Shown in pieces: positions 58,494 to 64,000 of a DNA stretch of 64,000 nucleotides. Each line of letters starts with the position of its first letter. The first letter of the stretch is position 1. The position numbers and the translations under genes are program-made. Source of the DNA: an uncultured Acidobacteriota bacterium (GTDB lineage Bacteria > Acidobacteriota > UBA6911 > RPQK01 > JAPXNP01); NCBI GenBank assembly GCA_963777605.1, contig CAVZRV010000008.1:128001-192000 (forward strand). Reading direction: 5' to 3'. Below the pieces are notes generated by a model. The model was given only the letters and a program-made list of their open reading frames with translations. It was not told the DNA's origin and did not search any database.

Positions 58494-59471
58494 CTAGAAG
58501 TTCATTACTTCGCCGATGGCCGCCCGAATTCTCTGATCACCTGGAAGATACTCGTGTTCTAGCACGTATGGAAAGGGCGTGTCGAACCCGGTCACTCGCA
58601 GCACCGGGGCCTGGAGGCTGAGCAGCGCCTTCTCGCCGATGGTCGCGGCCAACTCGGCGCCAAAACCGCAGTTTCGGGGAGCTTCGTGGACGATGACAGC
58701 TCGCCCCGTCTTGCGCACCGATTCCAGCACGGTCTCGACATCGTACGGCACCAGCGTGCGAAGATCGATGACTTCGCAGGAAACGCCCTCGTCCTCGTGC
58801 AGCCGTTCCGCCGTCTCCACCACCACCTGCACCATTGCGCCATACGCGATCAATGTCACGTCGGAGCCACTCAAAACGACCTGCGCTTTGCCCAATTCGA
58901 TGGTGTAGTCGCCTTCCGGGACTTCTCCCCGTGCCGCCCGGTAGATCCGCTTCGGCTCCATGAAGACAACGGGATTGTCATCCCGGATTGAAGCAATCAA
59001 CAGTCCCTTGGCATCGAAAGGATTCGAAGGCACCACGACCTTAACTCCGGGGGTGTGCGCGAAATAGGCTTCCGGGCTCTGAGAATGGTAGTGGCCGCCT
59101 TTGATCCCGCCCCCGTAGGGCATCCGCATCACCAGGGGACAGGAGTACAGCCCACCTGAGCGGTACCGAACCTTGGACCCTTCGTTGATCAACTGGTCGA
59201 TTGCCGGGTAGACGAAGTCGGCGAACTGGATTTCCGGAACGGGGCGCAGTCCGTTCATCGCCATACCGATGGCGACTCCAAGGATTCCTATTTCGGAGAG
59301 AGGAGTGTCAAATGATCGATCACTGCCGAATTCCTCCTGGAGACCCTGGGTTGCTCGAAAGACTCCTCCGAAGTAGCCCACGTCTTCACCAAAGACGATC
59401 ACTGAGGGATCGCGCCGCATTTCGACCCGGAGCGCATCGTTGACAGATTGGAGCAGGTTCAGAATCGGCAT
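58494..59471 (-). CDS. 2-oxoacid dehydrogenase E1 beta subunit (branched-chain type likely)
   Basis: GEDVGYFGGVFRAT, DTPLSE, EIQFADF, GGHYHSQSPEA, EPKRIY. Confidence 0.93.
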   Translation of the reverse strand: MPILNLLQSVNDALRVEMRRDPSVIVFGEDVGYFGGVFRATQGLQEEFGSDRSFDTPLSEIGILGVAIGMAMNGLRPVPEIQFADFVYPAIDQLINEGSKVRYRSGGLYSCPLVMRMPYGGGIKGGHYHSQSPEAYFAHTPGVKVVVPSNPFDAKGLLIASIRDDNPVVFMEPKRIYRAARGEVPEGDYTIELGKAQVVLSGSDVTLIAYGAMVQVVVETAERLHEDEGVSCEVIDLRTLVPYDVETVLESVRKTGRAVIVHEAPRNCGFGAELAATIGEKALLSLQAPVLRVTGFDTPFPYVLEHEYLPGDQRIRAAIGEVMNF

Positions 59472-59483
59472 TGTTGGCCTCGC

Positions 59484-60569
59484 TCAGTCGCTTTCCTGGA
59501 TGGCACGGAGCAGGGAGTCACGCTGTTCCCGAAGGTGCCAGGGAACAGTATCGAAGACGTCCTCAAAGAGAGACTCGATCGGTGGACCGGGCAGTGCCTC
59601 GGCCTTCTCCAGGGTACTCTGGATCTCCTCACGAAGCTCCACCTCCAGTTGTTCGTCCCGGTCCTTGTCCCAGCGCCCGGACTCTGTGAGATAGATCCTT
59701 AGCCGGCTGATTGGGTCCTTCCGAATCCACTCCTCCACTTCCTCGTCATTTCGGTACGCCCTCGGATCGTCCGACGTGGTGTGGGCACCCTGGCGATAGG
59801 TCGTGGCCTCGATGAGCGTTGGCCCCTCCCCACGTCGGGCAAGGTCGGCCGCTTCCAGGGTTGCGGCATAGACCGCGAGAGCGTCGTTACCGTCGACGCA
59901 GACTCCCCGCATCCCGTAGGCTTGTGCCTTGATCGCAATCCCGTCGGACACCGTCTGCTTCGAGACTGGAACGGAGATGGCGTACTGGTTGTTTCGGCAA
60001 AGGAAAATCACCGGTGCCTTGAACACCGCCGCAAAGTTGCACGAGGCATGGAAATCCCCGGTCGAAGTTGCTCCGTCACCAAAATAGGTCAGGGCGACTT
60101 CCGGTTTGCCCTGGATCCGGGCCGCCATGGCGAGTCCAACCGCATGCGGGATCTGTGAGCCTACCGGGCTTGAGACGGTAGTCAACCTGAGTTCCGGCGA
60201 TCCCCAGTGGCAGGGCATCTGTCGCCCTTTCATCTTGTCTTCCACGTTGCCGTAAACCTGGCAGAGGTATTCATAGAGTGGGTAGCCCTTGACGAAGGCA
60301 GCCCCCGCTTCGCGATAACAGGGTACAACCCAGTCCTGGCTCTGAAGCGCCATCGCACTCCCAATAATTGCAGCCTCTTCCCCTATGGAGCCAACGAAAA
60401 AGCCGATCCGGCCCTGCCGCTGCAGCTTGATCATTCGTTCGTCGAGCCTGCGATTGAAGAGCATCAACCGGTACAGCCTGAGTAGGAAATCGTCATCTAC
60501 TGAAGGGATTTCAGCACCAGAGACTACTTTGCCTTCTTCATCAATAATCGAGCGGATTTTCTCCGACAT
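59484..60569 (-). CDS. 2-oxoacid dehydrogenase E1 alpha subunit (branched-chain type likely)
   Basis: LQRQGRIGF, KGRQMPCH, GDGATS...NN TPP motif, HTTSDDP. Confidence 0.93.
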   Translation of the reverse strand: MSEKIRSIIDEEGKVVSGAEIPSVDDDFLLRLYRLMLFNRRLDERMIKLQRQGRIGFFVGSIGEEAAIIGSAMALQSQDWVVPCYREAGAAFVKGYPLYEYLCQVYGNVEDKMKGRQMPCHWGSPELRLTTVSSPVGSQIPHAVGLAMAARIQGKPEVALTYFGDGATSTGDFHASCNFAAVFKAPVIFLCRNNQYAISVPVSKQTVSDGIAIKAQAYGMRGVCVDGNDALAVYAATLEAADLARRGEGPTLIEATTYRQGAHTTSDDPRAYRNDEEVEEWIRKDPISRLRIYLTESGRWDKDRDEQLEVELREEIQSTLEKAEALPGPPIESLFEDVFDTVPWHLREQRDSLLRAIQESD

Positions 60570-60673
60570 GGCACGCGATTATAACCTCCGCCCGTCTGAC
60601 CGCTCAACCTGACCCCGTCGGCTGACCCCGCCGGCTTTGAACAGCCGCGTGGTTCCATGTTTGAATGCGGGGA

Positions 60674-61636
60674 ATGAATCAAAATGCTTCACCTTCAGGC
60701 CACCGAATCTCGCGGGGGCGTGTCTGGATCGCCATGGGATCGATTATTGTGGTGTCGGTCATGCTGACCGCGTTCAGCTTTCAGGAGAAGATGTTGGTTG
60801 CGCATCGGGGTGCTTCCGGGTACGCCCCGGAGCACACCGCGGTTGCCTACGAACTGGCGATCAAACAGGGTGCCGACTACGTCGAGCAGGATCTGCAGGT
60901 CACGCGGGACGGAGTCCTGGTCTGCCTGCACGACTCGACTCTCGAGCGAACGACCAATGTCGAAGAGGTCTTCCCTGACCGCTGGACCGAGATCCAGATC
61001 AAAGGCAAAAACCGCCGTGTCTGGTACGTCCGCGACTTCACCCTGGAGGAGATCAAGTCGCTCGATGCCGGATCCTGGTTCGGTCCCAAATTCAAGGGAG
61101 CCCGAGTCCTGACCTTCAGGGAGGCGATCCAATGCGTTGGCGGCCGTGCAGGACTCTACCCCGAAACCAAGGAGCCCGAAACCTACGGCGAATTGGGAAT
61201 CCCAATGGAGAAACGCCTGGTTGACGACCTGGTTGCCGAAGGCCTCGACCCTCGTGACCCCTCCACAAAAGTAATCGTCCAGTCCTTCAGCCGGGAATCA
61301 TTGAAGAGACTCCGAGAGGATTATGGCGTCCGACTGCCGCTGGTCTACCTGGTTTCGGCGGGGGATGTTGAGAAGCTGGACAGTCTCGACAAGCTGCAGG
61401 ATATTGCCGATAGCTTCCAGGGGATCGGACCGGCCAAGGAGTTACTTGTAGAGCAGCCAAAAATTGTGGAATGGGCCCACGAGTCGGGGCTGACCGTTAC
61501 CCCTTACACGTTTCGGGCCCGCAGTCCGGGCGAGGGTTTCAAGGACGTGACCGAGGAAATGAGGTATTTTCTATATCAACTGGGCGTTGACGCCCTCTTT
61601 ACGGATAACCCTGACCTGTTCCCGAGACAACCATGA
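60674..61636 (+). CDS. glpQ: Glycerophosphodiester phosphodiesterase
   Basis: [37 protein letters not shown]. Confidence 0.9.
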   Translation: MNQNASPSGHRISRGRVWIAMGSIIVVSVMLTAFSFQEKMLVAHRGASGYAPEHTAVAYELAIKQGADYVEQDLQVTRDGVLVCLHDSTLERTTNVEEVFPDRWTEIQIKGKNRRVWYVRDFTLEEIKSLDAGSWFGPKFKGARVLTFREAIQCVGGRAGLYPETKEPETYGELGIPMEKRLVDDLVAEGLDPRDPSTKVIVQSFSRESLKRLREDYGVRLPLVYLVSAGDVEKLDSLDKLQDIADSFQGIGPAKELLVEQPKIVEWAHESGLTVTPYTFRARSPGEGFKDVTEEMRYFLYQLGVDALFTDNPDLFPRQP

Positions 61637-61902
61637 GTAAGAAATCGCGCTGGATGCTCCCCCTGTTTTTCATCCTCTTCGTGGGCTACATCGTTTACTC
61701 GACGATGAGCGGCGAGCAGTTGCGCTGCCGGGTCTGCATGGAGTTTCAGGGGCAAACCGCCTGCCGGACTGCTTCCGGGGCAACCCGACAGGACGCGCTC
61801 AACACCGCGAAGGACAATGCTTGCGCTCAGTTGACGTCGGGGATGGGCAACATCCGCCAGTGCGTTGCCCAGGAGCCGGCCAAAATCGAATGGATCGACT
61901 AA
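61633..61902 (+). CDS. Small membrane-anchored Cys-rich protein
   Basis: ATGA overlap with the glpQ stop; N-terminal transmembrane helix; five cysteines. Confidence 0.75.
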   Translation: MSKKSRWMLPLFFILFVGYIVYSTMSGEQLRCRVCMEFQGQTACRTASGATRQDALNTAKDNACAQLTSGMGNIRQCVAQEPAKIEWID

Positions 61903-63587
61903 CCTCCGGAAGGCTCAACCACGGAGAGGACCTGGTTGACCGGGACATCCTTGAGGGTCTGGACGATCCCACCGGGCCAGGTGATCTGAATTTCATCGAT
62001 GACGGTGTCGGGACCGAGCCCAAAGTGGACACGCTTGTCGGACGCGCACCCGTACCCGACGGCTGTATTGACGTGGTTGTACTGGACGCCACTCTTGCTG
62101 GTGAGTCGGAACTTCGCTCCCACGCCGTCCCGATTGCTCCGGGTGCCCCGGGTTGAAATGTGGATCCAGTTGTTCTCCTTGCGAGAGCGGTTCAACCAGA
62201 CTTCCGTTGGTCCGTCGAGAGCAGTGACAACAGCGTCGATCCGGCCGTCGTTGTCAATGTCGCCGAAGGCCACACCCCTGTGCACCTGTACCTGCTCCAG
62301 GAAATCGGGACCGGCCGTGGGGCCGCCGTCGGCGAATTTTCCGTTCTTCAGGTTCAGGAACAGGGTGTTTGGCTGGGGGACGCGCTCCTTGAAGGTCCCG
62401 CGGGGATCCATCACATCGCCGCTGGCAACAAAGAGATCCTTCCAGCCGTCGTTGTTCAGGTCGAAGATCCCGTTGCTCCAACCGGTCCGGTCTCTCGTCA
62501 TCATGGCGAGCTTGCTGGGGGCAGTCATTTCGTCAAACAACATGTCTCCCAAATTGACGTAGAACGGCATGGATTCGTTGGTCATCGCCGCAACGAACAA
62601 GTCCACCAACCCGTCGTTGTTGACGTCTTTGGCGTCCACCCCCATACCCGAAACCGCATGACCGGAATAGGTATAGGCCGTCCCACTCTCAAGGGCGACT
62701 TCTTCGAATGTTCCGTCACCCATGTTGTGGAACAGAAAGGCGGGAACGGTGTCGTTGGCCACGAAGACGTCGGTCCAGCCATCGCCGTCAAAGTCCGCCA
62801 GGCCGAGACCCATCCCCTTTCCAATGTGAGCGCGGATGCCGGATTCAACCGAAACGTCGGTGAATGTTCCGTCACCGTTATTCCTGTAAAGGGAGTCGGG
62901 GAGCCCATCGTAGTTCTGCGGATGACAGTAGTCGGGGGCGTCACTTGGCCCGCATCTCGGTTCAGTCTCAGGGTCCCAGACACAATAATTGGACACGAAG
63001 AGATCCAGGAGGCCGTCCCGGTTGTAGTCGAAAAAAGCGGCGGCAACCGACCAGAGTGTCCCGTAGTCGGGATCAGGCGCGGCAAGGCCCGCCTGGGAGG
63101 TGACCTCGGTAAATTTCCCGTCCCCGTCGTTCCTGTACAGAAGATTCTCCCTGAGTCCAGCCACAAAAAGATCCTGGTCCCCGTCATTGTCGTAATCACC
63201 CACCGCGGTACCCAGCGTGTAGCCCCGACCTGCGACACCAGCCTGCTCGGTAACGTCCACAAACGTGCCGTCACCTTTCCCCTTGAAGAGACGGTTGGAG
63301 TGACTCGGTCGAACCTTCTTGAGCCCGGGCATAGTCGCACCGCTGACCGTGAACAGGTCGAGGTTCCCATCGTTGTCGTAGTCGAACAGCGCGACTCCGG
63401 AGATCATCGTCTCCGGCTGATGGCGCATGTCGGTTCGACTCGGATCAATCGAGAAGTCAACGCCCGAATCTTTCACCAACTGCAGCACGACGGGGCCCAC
63501 CCCGATATCGGTGGCGCTCACGAACGGAAGAATCCCCGCAGCCATTATTGAAAGGGTCAAGAGGACCCGATTGGTTCGATTTTTCAT
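61899..63587 (-). CDS. CRTAC1-family protein (FG-GAP/VCBS repeats plus ASPIC/UnbV domain)
   Basis: Signal peptide; repeated DYDNDG / DFDGDG; SNRDGVGA...VHFGLG. Confidence 0.9.
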   Translation of the reverse strand: MKNRTNRVLLTLSIMAAGILPFVSATDIGVGPVVLQLVKDSGVDFSIDPSRTDMRHQPETMISGVALFDYDNDGNLDLFTVSGATMPGLKKVRPSHSNRLFKGKGDGTFVDVTEQAGVAGRGYTLGTAVGDYDNDGDQDLFVAGLRENLLYRNDGDGKFTEVTSQAGLAAPDPDYGTLWSVAAAFFDYNRDGLLDLFVSNYCVWDPETEPRCGPSDAPDYCHPQNYDGLPDSLYRNNGDGTFTDVSVESGIRAHIGKGMGLGLADFDGDGWTDVFVANDTVPAFLFHNMGDGTFEEVALESGTAYTYSGHAVSGMGVDAKDVNNDGLVDLFVAAMTNESMPFYVNLGDMLFDEMTAPSKLAMMTRDRTGWSNGIFDLNNDGWKDLFVASGDVMDPRGTFKERVPQPNTLFLNLKNGKFADGGPTAGPDFLEQVQVHRGVAFGDIDNDGRIDAVVTALDGPTEVWLNRSRKENNWIHISTRGTRSNRDGVGAKFRLTSKSGVQYNHVNTAVGYGCASDKRVHFGLGPDTVIDEIQITWPGGIVQTLKDVPVNQVLSVVEPSGG

Positions 63588-64000
63588 TTGTCTTTCGGCT
63601 CCCGCAGGACAATAATCTGATCGGCTCCGGGTGACTTCAAAACCTGGTGTATCCCGCTTGGCCAGTTGATCTCGATCGAGTCGATTTTGGCTTCGGTTCC
63701 CAACCCGAAGTGGACGCGACGATCCGATGTCGATATGAAGCCCACACTCGTGGACACGTGACTGTACAGCGATCTGCCAGATTCGGTAACCACTTTGACC
63801 TTGGCTCCGATTGCGTCGCGCGGGCTGACCTGCCCCTGAAGGTCGAGCATTACCCAGTGGTTTCCGTTTCTTCCCGAGTTCATCAGGATGCGCGGTTTCT
63901 CGTTCAGCGACGTCACCACGATGTCGAGAAAGCCGTCGTCGTTGAGATCCGCGAACGCCGAACCCCGCTGATAGCCCATGTGCAGGAAGTCCTTGCCAAG
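63584..64000 (-). CDS. CRTAC1-family protein, 3' part (truncated by window end)
   Basis: RGSAFADLNDDG, RDAIGAKV, DRRVHFGLG, INWPSG. Confidence 0.88.
   Translation of the reverse strand, partial: LGKDFLHMGYQRGSAFADLNDDGFLDIVVTSLNEKPRILMNSGRNGNHWVMLDLQGQVSPRDAIGAKVKVVTESGRSLYSHVSTSVGFISTSDRRVHFGLGTEAKIDSIEINWPSGIHQVLKSPGADQIIVLREPKDK

Noticed and set aside
57285-60569. Absence of E3 (lpdA) from the dehydrogenase cluster
   Set aside because: E3 is commonly shared and encoded elsewhere.

Overview
GC-rich chromosomal window from an Acidobacteriota bacterium: the 16S gene contains the phylum-diagnostic GATCCTGGCTCAGAATC. It holds about 47 mostly housekeeping, envelope and metabolic genes, including a GH106 hydrolase, a large LRR exoprotein, lpxB, a CNT transporter, an SPFH/Zn-ribbon pair, a HerA-like ATPase, KtrAB, xth, a PilZ/FleN cluster, an amidase, an MCP, ftsH, a CDF transporter, a PBP, modBC, mutY, cysE, dinB, 2-oxoacid dehydrogenase E1/E2, glpQ and CRTAC1-like proteins. 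I found no transposase, integrase, prophage, tRNA or CRISPR array. Most notable observations: (1) a modular repeat family at three loci whose end motif TGACYTGAAACTTCA contains the stop codon of the upstream gene each time and whose units carry variable REP-like palindromes; (2) a stand-alone 16S rRNA gene with its own promoter, processing stem and terminator; (3) a secreted M1 aminopeptidase-TPR protein lacking its HEXXH zinc motif, directly after lpxB; (4) a ktrBA operon ending in a kinase-less sensor-like protein; (5) a 30-aa bS22-like basic protein missed by the ORF track. Single-base frameshifts in lpxB, yyaL-like, xth and DUF4405-like genes most likely reflect consensus errors. All family assignments come from motif recognition, not database searches.
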